A stretch of DNA of 64,000 bases, taken from positions 3,890,303-3,954,302 of the forward strand of contig CM082582.2 of assembly GCA_040954595.2 (NCBI GenBank). Direction: 5' to 3'. Position 1 is the stretch's first letter. Each line of letters begins with the position of its first letter. The translations under genes were made by a program, and so were the position numbers. The notes under the pieces are model-generated. The model worked only from the letters and a program-made list of their open reading frames with translations. It searched no databases and had not been told where the DNA came from. Source of the DNA: Balanoglossus misakiensis (taxonomy: Eukaryota; Animalia; Hemichordata). Below, piece after piece: positions 27,960 through 39,765 of this stretch.

Positions 27960-30900
27960 TCAAAGGTCGATTGTGATTTTGCTCTTGAATTTTTTCACAG
28001 ATCTTTCACTGGATCTTCTTTTTAGATGGTTACCATAGAGTGTCACAAGAACTCCTTCAACCTCTGTGCAGAACACTGAGTTAGCCTTTGGTATCGCTAC
28101 GAAAAAAGGAATGAAATGAAAATTACCTGGTTGTTCGAGAATATCTGTAAAGGAATCAATTGCAGTCGTGGATTGGCTTCTTGAATGACTTTGTCACCAG
28201 GTGTCTTCTCTGTGAACATTATTTCACTTAAACTGATTCTAACATAAATTCACATTACTTACTTTTAAGCTTATTTTCTTTTGTAATAATTTTCCAGACA
28301 TTTTTAGTTTCTTGTACAACAATGCCCGAAATCCCAACATAGCAAGGACACTTTGATTTTGTCACTGAAAACAAATAAAATATGTATATTAGGATACTTT
28401 TATAACATTTAATGGTGTTACAACATCGAACTTTGGAAGTAATTTTATTCATATGAAGTTACAAACATTTGAAATACATGTTAGTTGATCTAGATCAGGC
28501 AGTGTACGTGTCGTTTGAGGACAATATGAGTCAAATGGTATTGAGCTTCAATTCTGTAACGGGAGTCCACGAACTCTGTGTGCAATCTGTGCCATTCAGA
28601 GTTATATTATATGCAGTGCATTCTGCAGAACATGTCACGGCCACTGCAAGGGAAAGCACAGCTGCACGTACATTTATCCTTCAAACAAAGAATAAAATAA
28701 CATATCCCACAGAAAGATGACATTTGACAAATTTAAAGGTAATCATAGCACTGTATTTTGTCAGGATTTGTGTAATATATTTCTCATCTATTAAAATGCA
28801 TATCTGGTGTAAAAATTAAGGGGAAAAAGCTCATGGAATATAATGTATTCATATTGCCAAAACTTGTAGCAGTAATTTTTCTCCTTATATTTTTGTATGC
28901 AGTGGTGTGCACCACAGTTCAAATTCTTGACTCATTAAAACTGTGACGTGTAGAAATATATATCCCTACCTGTAATGATGCAACCATGGTAGTCAGCCTT
29001 CTGCAATTTGGTTCCCACGGTAGTTTTGTTGCTAGGGGTAAAGAAGTTGAGTTGTCAATAAAAAGCAAATGTGTACTAGTATATCTAAAATTACCAGATA
29101 GATTGGGAAATGTGTCACCTTAACCCTTTCACCACTATGGTCCAGTCCAAATGCATTGTTTTTCTATGGAAAGGTTGGACCTCAGTAAAGATCACATAGG
29201 CACATACGCATGTGACAGAGATCATGTGCAATGCAACTGAAACATTTTTCTGTTTTTTGCTACATGCAAATTTTTCAAGATTTCATAGCAAATTCTTTCA
29301 GCCATGTGCATTTCCATTAATATCATGGAGCATCTTATTAACCCACAAAAATATCCTGAAATGACATAAAATGGATGTTTAACAAAGAAAGGTGTATAAT
29401 AATAAGGTCATACACAAAACACCTCCCTGTGTGGACTAGGACTCAGTGAGTGGTGAATAAAATTTGCCTATGGCTCATCCAGTATGTCACTCAGTGAGCC
29501 CTCGCCAATACAGGGTCGTATTTTGTGAATAACCCTACAGAATAAAGTAATTCAAACTCACAATCCTTTTCCTATTTGAAGGAAATCCTTCATATAGTCT
29601 CTCCAAAGGAAATGCAAAGGGATATACATCTCATATCTGCAAAACAAAGAATATTTCTACTAAGTACTTGATTATATGTGAGGTAATTACACATCATGTA
29701 CTTGGAGCAATTTCACCCCATAATTACGAAGTGTCACCTTAGAACACATCGCGTTTTATAATATAGGATAACATTTTTGCACTTATTAATTTAATAATGT
29801 TCATCATCCATTTAGGGCTCGCATCAAATATCGTTTCCCAGTCTGCAAGAGTGTGGGATCGAATTTTCCCAAATTCTCAATCCCCCACTCCCAGCAGCTT
29901 GGAGTATGAGAAAGTTCAATGCTAATACCTTTGGTGTTCTGGCTTTATGTCGTAAATCTTTAACTTCCTTCGTTCCTTGGCACTTAGAAACTTATTACTC
30001 GACTTGGACAGAGTTTTGGATCTGGAAACTTTGCTTGATTTAACCACATCCATAATGACAGCCTTGAAGGAGAGTATATCAACCCCTTTTTCTCCTTCAA
30101 GTCGCTTCTTTTCTGCCACATTACTTCTCAAAAATGATTCTATAAATACATGGGGGTGTTGCGCTGGCTCCTGGAAATAAACCAGTGTTTGGTCATTTAA
30201 AGTTCATAGGCAGTTGTAAAGACCACGCTATTTGGAAAATAACTACATACATGTATATAAACTTAGTAAATATTTTTTTCTGGCATAAGTTAATTAACAC
30301 CACATCTATTGCATGTGCCATGGCATATACAATATATGTATATAGATACAGTAGTCACCAATTTTGTAATCCCATAAATATGTGTCTGCTTTAATGAAAT
30401 GGTAGACAAGTAATGGACATTTGAAATTGGATGGCGTCAGAATCAGCTAGAAAGGTCACGCGAAATCGAGGGTGATTCGGATGCTAACTTCAAGAAACTC
30501 AAGTGTACAACAGCTCCATGAATGCTGAACTTTCCATCTTTGATTTTGAAAACCGAATAGGAGAGTTCAATATGCAACCAGTTTCATGATTTAGGGACTG
30601 GTCAGTTTCTTCGGCAGGGGTGGAGGGTGGATTCATGGGGAGGTCACTTGTTTTTGAATTGGGTAATGGGGTGGTCACCCACTTATTCATGTTCAATGGG
30701 GGTCAGTCACTTTTTAATTGAATCCACCCCCGGGCCGAAGAAACTGACCAGTCCCTTATTGCAAGCAAAAACAAGTGCAGTTAACATAGGCTGTGTACAG
30801 GTAACACAGACCTGTACGCAGGGCTATCGTAAGCTGAGGTTGTCACAAAATAGGTTTATAATACCTCTAAACCCAGCTCTTTCTTGTGTTGCAAAACTTC

Positions 30901-30978
30901 CTTCGGCAATTCATTGTAAGCGCCATAATACATCGCTGCACCTTGTTGGGTTAGTGGCGTTTGTTCAGATGTTGCCAT
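27960..30978 (-). CDS. POP4: Ribonuclease P/MRP subunit p29 (RPP29), 6 coding exons, ~243 aa
   Basis: Exons (minus) 30978-30865, 30170-29929, 29636-29562, 29031-28970, 28364-28263, 28096-27960; phase-consistent, 732 nt. Motifs LSAKERRKLKIYDI, PLHFLWRDYM, KLQKADYHGCIITVTKSKCPCYVGISGIVVQETKN, IPKANSVF, LYGNHL..RSSERSVKKFK. The start ATG is less certain than the downstream exons. Confidence 0.93.
29120..29183 (+). mobile_element. Truncated copy of ~95-bp TTAA-MITE family A
   Basis: TTAACCCTTTCACCACTATGGTCCAGTCCAAA..CTATGG..GTTGGACCTC aligns with the copies at 41266, 57522, 58095 and 62495. Confidence 0.7.
30594..30755. mobile_element. PIF/Harbinger (Tourist-like) MITE in a POP4 intron
   Basis: TTA|GGGACTGGTCAGTTTCTTCGGC ... 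GCCGAAGAAACTGACCAGTCCC|TTA: perfect 22-bp TIR and 3-bp TTA TSD. Confidence 0.85.
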
Positions 30979-31275
30979 GTCTTCTTAGAAATGGATGATC
31001 ACTACACTGCTCTCAAATTTTACATTCCGAATTACACAATTTCAAACCAGGGGTAAACACCTCGGGTACAAATACGCTGACACGGATAAACCCCGCGGGA
31101 GATGGTGTGCACAGAAGATTGAGGCACCTGTGGACTGCAGACTGCACATACGACGATCCTGAAAGTTAGTGTCGGTTTCGGTATGCCTCGCACTCAGAAT
31201 GTGAGTTCAAATCCAATACCAAAGTAAAGCTGGCTTTGGATTTAGATTCGTTTTCAGATCGGAATAGGGTCAAAG
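30979..31275. promoter_or_regulatory. Bidirectional POP4/PYURF promoter
   Basis: 297 bp between divergent ATGs, CpG-rich. YY1-like AAGATGGCCGC overlaps the PYURF start codon. Confidence 0.7.
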
Positions 31276-34200
31276 ATGGCCGCGACCGTCAGGAGGGTGT
31301 GTGTCTGCTCATTCTCCAAAAGATATGCAGTACACCGAGGGATTGCAGTGCGAAACATCAGAACTTCCACCTCTTTAATGACTGCAAATAAAGCATTTGA
31401 TGAAAAGTTACTGGAAATATTGGTGTGTCCACTTTCAAAGAAACCATTGCGGTAAGCCAACTATGACCATGCAGGGACTAGAAGGCTCCATGCACTGCGC
31501 ACCATGTCAGTTGTCACCGTTGAATCCTCGCTGACGATCATGTTAGCCTAGCTCTGCGTACAGGTCTGCGTGCTCCCGGCGTTACACGGCCTCTACATGT
31601 AACGTCGGAAAGACATGATCTGTACGCTGGGCTACAACACATAAGGCCTTGCGGTAGTGCTGCGAGCACACCAGGTACACCAGGCGGATCTGGTTCTCTT
31701 AGTGGACACGACTATACCCCATGGCAACGATACCATGGCAATGAGCGTGAGTTAGGGTTAGGGTTAGGAGGGTTAGGGGTGGCAATGTGAGGGTGAATTT
31801 AACCCTAACCCTAACCCTCCTAACCCTAACCCTAAAAAACCATATTATCGCCCGTGGAGTATAGTCGTGTCCACTAAGAGAACCATATCCCACCAGGCAA
31901 CCTACAATCATTGTAGCTCTGCGTACAGGTCTGTGTTGTTCCCGGCGTTACACGGCCTCCACCCACAGCCCTGCAAGGCGCCATAGAAAAAACTGGTGCT
32001 TCTGCGGTCCGGATCCGGACCGCAGCTTTTTCGGCCGAAATTCGATTTTATCGAAGCAAAATCCTTTCCCTGTCTACTTCTGCCCCCTAACCGACTCCAA
32101 ATATGATGCGATTAACTTGTCCTAACGTCCGAACCACTCGCGTTTGATTCATTTTTGTGTGTTTACATGTTGAGATCGCCATATTAAATATACAGTATCG
32201 TTATTTTGCGGGTCTGCGGGTCAAGGTGCGGGTCAAAGTGCGGGCCAATTTGCGGGTCGCCCCAAAAACGAATGAGACTTCTGTGCAATTGTTTCTTGGA
32301 ATAAAATGAACCCAAAATATAATCCCAGTTCCTCTTATACCATAATAACTTTCGTGAATACCTCGAAAAATACAACATCTTTCAATATTACAATGGAATC
32401 GACCAAGGATACTGGCTGCAGTGCTAGTGCGGGTCGTGTATTGCGCAACCAGTGACGTCATGCTTTCCCGCCATCCGGTCAAGATGTCCGCCGACATTAG
32501 GTACGTACCGAGCGTTCGTATTCTTTAGAATCGTTATTCATATGCAAAGTATAATGATTTGTATTGTAAAAGATTGTCGTGATTGCATCTATGACTCGAG
32601 CTGCGTGTCACGCACTCAACCTAACCCCATGTAATATGTTTTACTAGACTTGCTCCAAGTCTATGGGCTTCATTATGCATGTTATTAGCTCTGCGTGGCA
32701 GGGCTGTGTTGTTACGGCGAGCCCTCCACCCTCGCCGTAACAACACAGCCCTGCCACGCAGAGCTAGCATGTTATGTGTAGGGAACGCGACGCTACCCGA
32801 AATCACAAGCTCAGTCCCAAATTCGAAACTTGCCTCACTACCAAAAACACGCTCAAGGCAGACATGAAAACACCGAAAACACAAAAAGTATTGAGATTTA
32901 AAAATCACCAAGCGACTAGTGGGCTAGTCTAGTTTTACGCGTACAAAGCCTAGTTGATTTTTTCACATTTTGATGACATATGAAGAGGATTTGATTTTCA
33001 TAATGTGTTATCCCTCGAGGTCTTAAAAGCAGTCTGATATTATTGGTGGGACCATAGTGTTATCCCTGCACTTCGGACATTTTTGTTTTTGTTTGTTGTA
33101 GTGTACATTTTAAAGTGAAAAAAATACATAAAATCAAATTAACTTGTCAACTTGCAAAACTTGAATTGAACAATCAGCAGATTGTGAAAATTGACAATCT
33201 TTGCTTGTTTAGAAAATTTTGGTACTAATAGTGATGTTATTACCACTTTATTTCAGTGATGTCATATGATGCTTTATGCGACATAATAAACCATGGAAGA
33301 CATCATATTTTCAAAGAAGATCTCGTGTTAAGTCCCTATTAGACTTCCTGGCCAGAGCTGGATTGTTTCTTAGAAACAAAAACTTTATCCCTTGCAAGTG
33401 GACAAGCAGAAAAATGGAAATATAAGACACAAAGAGTTATTGAATAAAAATTTACATACATATTTAAAAAAAAAACTTTATTTGTTTATTTGTGTATGAT
33501 ATGGTGTGTGCTGGTTACAGGATATATTTTTCAACAATCTTAGGACAGGATTGCCATATTGAAAGTGTTGACCCGCACTGACCCGCAACCCGCAACCCGC
33601 ACTGACCCGCAACCCGCATGACCCGCACAATAGTTACACTCTTAAATATAAGGCTTACAGCGAGTTTATCTCCATGGGTAAGCAAAAAAGTTTTAGAAAG
33701 CGAGCGGCTCGGACGTTAGGACAAGTTAATCGCATCATATTTGGAGTCGGTTAGGAGGCAGAAGTAGACAGGGAAAGGATTTTGCTTCGATAAAATCGAA
33801 TTTCGGCCGAAAAAGCTGCGGTCCGGATCGGGACCGCAGAAGCACCAGTTTTTTCTATGGCGCCTTGCAGGGCTGTGGGTGGAGGCCGTGTAACGCCGGG
33901 AACAACACAGACCTGTACGCAGAGCTACAATCATTGCAGCTACAATATGTCCAGCTAAGTTAATACTTAATGCATGGTTACTTTAGTGCACGGAGCTCTG
34001 TGCTTAGTGTATGTGTGTTACAATGTATTTGTGTCCGTGTGTGCATGAATACCACTGGAAACATCCTATGATTCATGAGCTTTCTGTGCTGTTCTAACAA
34101 TAATCATAGACATATGAATATACATTGGAAAATGCATTACACATGCCAGGCTGTATGAATAGCCGATGGAAACGTCCTTGACTCATCAGTCAGGCCAGGC

Positions 34201-34415
34201 CAACAACATAAAGTTGTGTATAATTAATCTTTCTTCTGCATAATTTATTTTTTCCCAGATATGACAAAGACAAGAATGAATTGATCAGTGATGAGTTGGG
34301 AGTAGCATATCCTATTTTGCCAAATGGAACACCAAACCTTATACCACAAGAGGGACGAATACTCGCACATGATAAGAAGGACACGGAAAAAGCAGAGTCT
34401 GATGATAAATCATAG
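31276..34415 (+). CDS. PYURF: Protein preY, mitochondrial (PYURF; Trm112-like domain), 2 exons, ~110 aa
   Basis: Exon 1 31276-31451: MAATVRRVCVCSFSKRYAVHRGIAVRNIRTSTSLMTANKAFDEKLLEILVCPLSKKPLR. Exon 2 34259-34415: YDKDKNELISDELGVAYPILPNGTPNLIPQEGRIL..*. Phase-2 GT-AG intron. The LLE.LVCPLSKKPLRY..NELI.DELG.AYPI..G.PN.IP signature matches PREY. Absent from the ORF track because both exons are short. Confidence 0.93.
31549..31634. mobile_element. Degenerate mini-hairpin of the TAGCTCTGCGT family
   Basis: TAGCTCTGCGTACAGGTC..CGGCGTTACA / TGTAACGTCGG..GATCTGTACGCTGGGCTA; no TSD retained. A smaller relic lies at 30787-30826. Confidence 0.6.
31686..31890. mobile_element. 205-bp MITE with GG..CC ends, 8-bp TSD and internal inverted telomeric repeats (Merlin-like)
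   Basis: TSD CACCAGGC at 31678-31685 and 31891-31898. TIR GGATCTGGTTCTCTTAGTGGACACGACTATAC / GTATAGTCGTGTCCACTAAGAGAACCATATCC. (TTAGGG)n at ~31751-31779 faces (CCCTAA)n at ~31800-31835. Confidence 0.85.
32193..33641. mobile_element. Mutator/MULE-like non-autonomous element nested in the 31914 element
   Basis: 9-bp AT-rich TSD TTAAATATA at 32184-32192 and 33642-33650. Imperfect TIR CAGTATCGTTATTTTGCGGGTC / GACCCGCACAATAGTTACACTC. Subterminal TGCGGGTC and GACCCGCA repeats at opposite ends. Confidence 0.75.
32686..32766. mobile_element. 81-bp palindromic TAG...CTA mini-element nested in the MULE-like element
   Basis: TSD GCATGTTAT at 32677-32685 and 32767-32775. Perfect arms TAGCTCTGCGTGGCAGGGCTGTGTTGTTACGGCGAG and its reverse complement. 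Confidence 0.9.
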
Positions 34416-37400
34416 AATAGATATTGAATAATAATCCGGCAGTATTGTTCATCTCTACACTTTGGATTGTTTTAACAACTTCTATCATGGAAATGGAATT
34501 GGAATGTGGTCAGCTTGACAACTGAAGCTTGAACAATTCTTAACTGCAGACACATTTTTATGCAACTTCACTGAATTCAATGCAATACTACAGAATGTAT
34601 AACATACATTCTCATGACATGCAGACTTGTCTAGAATACACATTGGGTTCAAGTTAATAACAGAATCTTACCGTATAAACAATAGCCATTCTGAACTTGA
34701 CAAACATTCATTTTCTACCTGTGTAAATTTTGCCTGATTCAGAAGAAATGCAATGAGACAATGTTCTCTATGACTGAGCCTGAAAATGATGAGAGCTGTG
34801 ATTTTCTGTTCAAATCAATACTAGACGACATCTATCATTTTGTATCATTAATGACAATGCAAGTCATAATTTCTGCTGGGAATTATTCAGCTTGATACAC
34901 ACATTAAAGTCTAGGGATATATCAAGAGATTTCCAGTACACTGACTGCCTGAAGTCATGATGATATGAAAGTACTTTATAACTCTCCCCATCCTGCTCAC
35001 TGGCTTCAACACTCTGGAAAGTATAAATGATATAACGATGATTTATGGCGTTTCAAGGCCACTGGCCCATATGCATCAAAATGGACAAACAGTAACACAC
35101 ACTATCCAGCTGATTACACAAGTTTTACCGAGAATAAAAAAATCTGTAATAAAATATAGGGGTCACGCACGGCGCTTGGGTTTTCGAAAAATACGGCTAT
35201 GAATTTAGTCGATAATTGAAGAAAACTGTCAAGTCAGCACTTTTTCACCAACGGTTTTTCTATGGGCAAAGTAATGTATTTAGCGAAAGTTTATCTTAAA
35301 ATAAAGCGTGACCGTACGATTTTATTTGAGTTTTCTAGCTATTCTCAATGTAATCCTATGGGACGAGACACTGGCGCAATTGAAAAGTTTACGTTCTGCG
35401 AGTACATCATTAAGAATGTTTGTTGTCTGAAAAGGGCCGTTTGATTTGTGTGTCCACATCGTCGAGACCGAGGTTGTCATTCGAATCGTCATCTCCGCTC
35501 ATAGTCTTCGCGATGCGAAGTTAGATGGCTCCCTGACAAGATGTCTCCACGTTGCTATAGACAACGCGTAAATGACCACCAATGTGTTGAGTAAAACTGT
35601 TGGAAATTGACTACCGTTCTTACATACTATCTGACCAAGTTCATCTTGAATCTGCATCATGTTTTCCCCAAGATTATCACTGCATTTTGACGAGACAGAA
35701 TATCCACATGACAAATGCTGGTCCTCTAAAAACCTTTCATTCTGCATCTGGTTTTATACCTTATTCGCACTTATGTTAGATTTTTTTGTGATTTGTACAG
35801 TCACGTCTGAGTGGTGATTCCACTTGTTAAAATTATTACTTTTAGTGAGTTTAAGCACGATCGACTATATTAAAGAAAGGTTTCAACAATTCCAGTTTCT
35901 CAAAGAAAGTTGCCGGATTTCATCTGCCGTTTCGTGATCTACACAACACAGTGATGATGAACTTGTCAGAAATCAATACTGCACAGACCTTGACCATGAG
36001 AAGACACCTGTGTTCAGTTTTCGGATATCAAATGTGGTAATGTTTTCCCCAGACTCTATGGATTATACCCTTGGCATAGGACAAATTTTAATTTCAAGGA
36101 GCCAGCGTGTATTTAGCATTTTGCGGGTGTAACGTTATCCCCGTGCCCCGGGGTCTGAAAGGCAGCATCGCAACATTTCACAGGCAGTCCATCTGAAATA
36201 ATTTCTGCAGACCTATCCAAGCGATTGCAGTCGACTGATACCAGAAATAAGATCCACAAAAAAGATGATCAATCATGCAATGTAGACTCAGACTGATTTC
36301 ATGTGCTCAAACAGTGACATCATCGGAAGTGGCATACCAACAGATCTAGTGTCCCATTCCAGGCATACTCTATCACCAATACCCAAGATATCAACTCGAA
36401 TAATACACAGACAGACGTACATCAGGGTGTTTTGATCAGCTTCAGGTCCGATCCCTTTCTCTTTCAACTTTTTAAAATTTTGACAAGCCCAAAAAGTCTC
36501 CGGTATTTTTTTCCCGCGTTACCCAAGGAAATCCACTCTCTCTCCGTCTCCAAAATCAGCTTATGTTGATTTCCTTTGAAATATTGCTGGTCGCTTAAAC
36601 CGATCCTGGTCAACCAGCATATTGCTTGGCCGCCTGAAACTGGCGAGCAACGAGACATCAACATATACTGTGTAATACGTCACAGAGGGACACGGGCTGA
36701 ACCAATACCACCAGTAAACAGAATTCCGTAAACGAAACAGAAGCAACGCAAACTACGCGCAGAGAACAGGGCATTTGGACCTCACCCACCAAATTATGGA
36801 CTTTTTATCGAGAAATGGGCATTGAAGGAAATGGAGAAAAAATGAACAACGATGGAGAGGACAGACGACGGCGGAGAAGGAGGAGGCCAACCCAGGAGGT
36901 TGAAACTAATAAAGCGGTAAGATAAAACACTCGAAGTAGTTCTGCTTCCTTCCCCTATGTATACGTATACAGTCAGAGACATGGGCAGTTTATGCACAAA
37001 GCAGCCTTAGAAACGTTGATAGCAGTTGTAATACTTCGTTCAAGCAATAGGGGTAACCATCCCATAATTGGATGAACGACATGGTGAGGGTATATGAAAT
37101 TTTCACTGTGCGTTTTCAAATCATAAAGATACCACTTTCAAGAAACCAGTCATACAACTAGATATTATAAAGATAAATGTACATGTATAAAATTAAATAA
37201 TATTAGAGCTGGAGGTACCAAGACACAAAGTGAACAATGTACGTGATAGATGGAATAAACAAATTTATCAATCATACATTTATATCAAAAGAAGTCATCA
37301 TTGACTTTTTAAAAACGCATTTGGTGTTCTCGGCAAAAACGTATGTGTATCTTAACATGTATTTAAAATCTTAATCAAACATGTTGTTTTGTTCCGAAGA

Positions 37401-39685
37401 AAGTACGGTTACCTTGTTAAATGGGGACCGAAGGAGAATCAATCTTATCAGCTTCACGCATAAGAATTTGAAATTTGATCCTGATCTTAATTGACCGAGA
37501 GTGACAGAGACGAGGAGTTCTTAAATAATTCGTTTATTTATTTATTTATTCAGGAGAGTTATGTCACTATGTGCCCCGGAAAACATTTAACGCAAAGACA
37601 TAAAATTGTATTACGGTTTTCATGCTTCGTATTTTTTTTACGATTTTGACACAGAAATTTATGAGCGACCAGAAGCGTGCATCATTGGATGTTTTCACTG
37701 CATGCATCGTTTCAGCAAACGCGATTTCAAATTCAAATGGATCCAGCTGTTAGATGTCTTTCTGGAACAATCTGAATATTTAAAACACGACTACAGCTGA
37801 AATAGCAAGGCAATGTGTCTCACAGAGCACCCATGCCGACGTATATGAATTTGTTGTTTCATGGTACAATGTGTGTGATATATTTAGCCTTTCTCAGTTC
37901 TAACTTTGTATTATTTATTTATTTCGATAGCTTGCTATGTCTTAAGATAAAATGACTACGTACATTTACACGAATGTTTAGATATCGACCAATTTTTGAG
38001 CAATGTGAACGGCCTATGACACCTAAAAGTTAAGAAAAGTTCGATTTTAAACAAAAAATAACACATTCATCTTACGCAAAACATATAGAATAGAATAGAA
38101 CTTGATGCAATAAAGGAAAAGCAACTTCATGCCCATATTTTAGTGCATTATCTCTGTTCGTGTATATTTTCAAATCGTTGTTTTTGTTTGGCTAGTTGGT
38201 GTAAACATTAACCATTGCGAATTCACGAAAATTTGTCCGTCGCGCAAGAGAAAATGGATAAGAAAATCACAAGACATAGCAAACACAGTACATGTAATAC
38301 CTGGCGCATAAGATATCCTCTCCTAAACTGACATTTATTGCACTTGATATAAATTATTTTAAAAGGGTGTATTCTGAGCGCGCATCAAGCATTGTTTACA
38401 GATGCGAAGGAAAGTAGCGAGAGATATCATTGACAATTTCCTTGACTTTCTGATCTTTTAGTATTTCTTACCAAGGCAATTAGAGTAAGCGATCTCTGCA
38501 TTGCAGTGTTTACTAGTATTTTAAGTTTATTTAGAGTATATTGCTTAGACGCAATTTGCTGATCCCACAGATTATACATATCTCATTCGTTTTATAGTAT
38601 TATTCTCTTCAGTTTGACATATTCCAAGGTCGTTTCTGTGACGTTGTTGTTATTTGGTAGTTTCTACGGTACCTCTACCGAAAAGGAACTACAAAATCTT
38701 GATACCACGATAATCTACATTTTGTAACAAATTGCATACTTTGATGGCATTATTCAACATCTACAGGGATGCAAGTATTCAACATTTTGCATTTAATGTA
38801 AGCTCGCCGATCTTGGTAATTCGAGCGGTTTTTTTTTAAACTTCCGGATAATTTTACCTATGGACCTTTTAGTATTATTTTAGTACTATAGAATATTGGT
38901 TTGATACTTGACTCACTGGTTTGGGAACCATTCTTCCAAAGATGTCAATGGGGCAGGTCGATTCCAAACTCGGGGTGTATCTTTTGACCCTAAAATGTCA
39001 TAATAAATTATTACAAAGGATGCATGCATGCGCATTTCTAGGAAACATTTCTCATTTTTTGGTACAACTGTTGGCTTCCCTTTTCGTTGCACTATCCCAC
39101 TTCTATCTGACGAAAGTTGCATATGAAAACCTGCGCCCTAAGAAAGACAATGCCATGAGACATGTTGCGCACATTATCAAAAGGGAAAATGGTCTTGGTT
39201 AACGTTTATTATTTCTATCATAGGCTGTGATTTCATACGTTTTCGTGAACGACTCATATAGACACAGCTCCCGAGATTCTGGAGCGACTTAAAACTGTCT
39301 GACTTCTAGTACTTCTATTCAGAGAGGTCTCTATTCTGCTACACATTTCTCTGATTGGTGTCCTGTTTTGTGATTTCTGTCTTAAATCGCATCGGGCATG
39401 TTACTATGACGACTAATTCTGAAACAAAGCTTTCTGTGTCATGTAACGTCGAGAAGATGCATAGAATTACAAAAACAGTCTCGATTCCAGGATACACTTA
39501 TTTTAATGGACTGCTCTTAGACGGTCTAAAATAGACGACGACAACATAATCTGCGTCGATGGCTCCATAAGTCCTGGTCAACATGTCATTGAGACCCCAT
39601 TTTGATATCGGAGGTGTAATAGTAATAAAGCGTTATTTCTTCTTTTTGCAATATCGTTAAAACAATGCATTGACAGACAAGAATG

Positions 39686-39765
39686 ATCACATCACATCAC
39701 ATCACATCACATCACATCACATCACATCACATCACATCACATCACATCACATCACATCACATCAC
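39686..39765. repeat. (ATCAC)16 pentanucleotide microsatellite
   Basis: Perfect 80-bp tandem read directly from the sequence. Confidence 0.95.

Larger units (their letters stand above)
31914..33927. mobile_element. TAG...CTA non-autonomous transposon with ~220-bp TIRs and 9-bp TSD (AcademH-like), hosting nested insertions
   Basis: TSD CAATCATTG at 31905-31913 and 33928-33936. Arms 31914-~32140 and ~33700-33927 are near-identical reverse complements. Confidence 0.9.

Noticed and set aside
29404-29536. Degenerate inverted repeat in a POP4 intron
   Set aside because: Probably an old MITE, but the arms are too diverged and there is no TSD to support a call.
31750-31835. Chromosome end-to-end fusion site
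   Set aside because: The arrays are very short and enclosed by TIRs and an 8-bp TSD, so they are part of a MITE.
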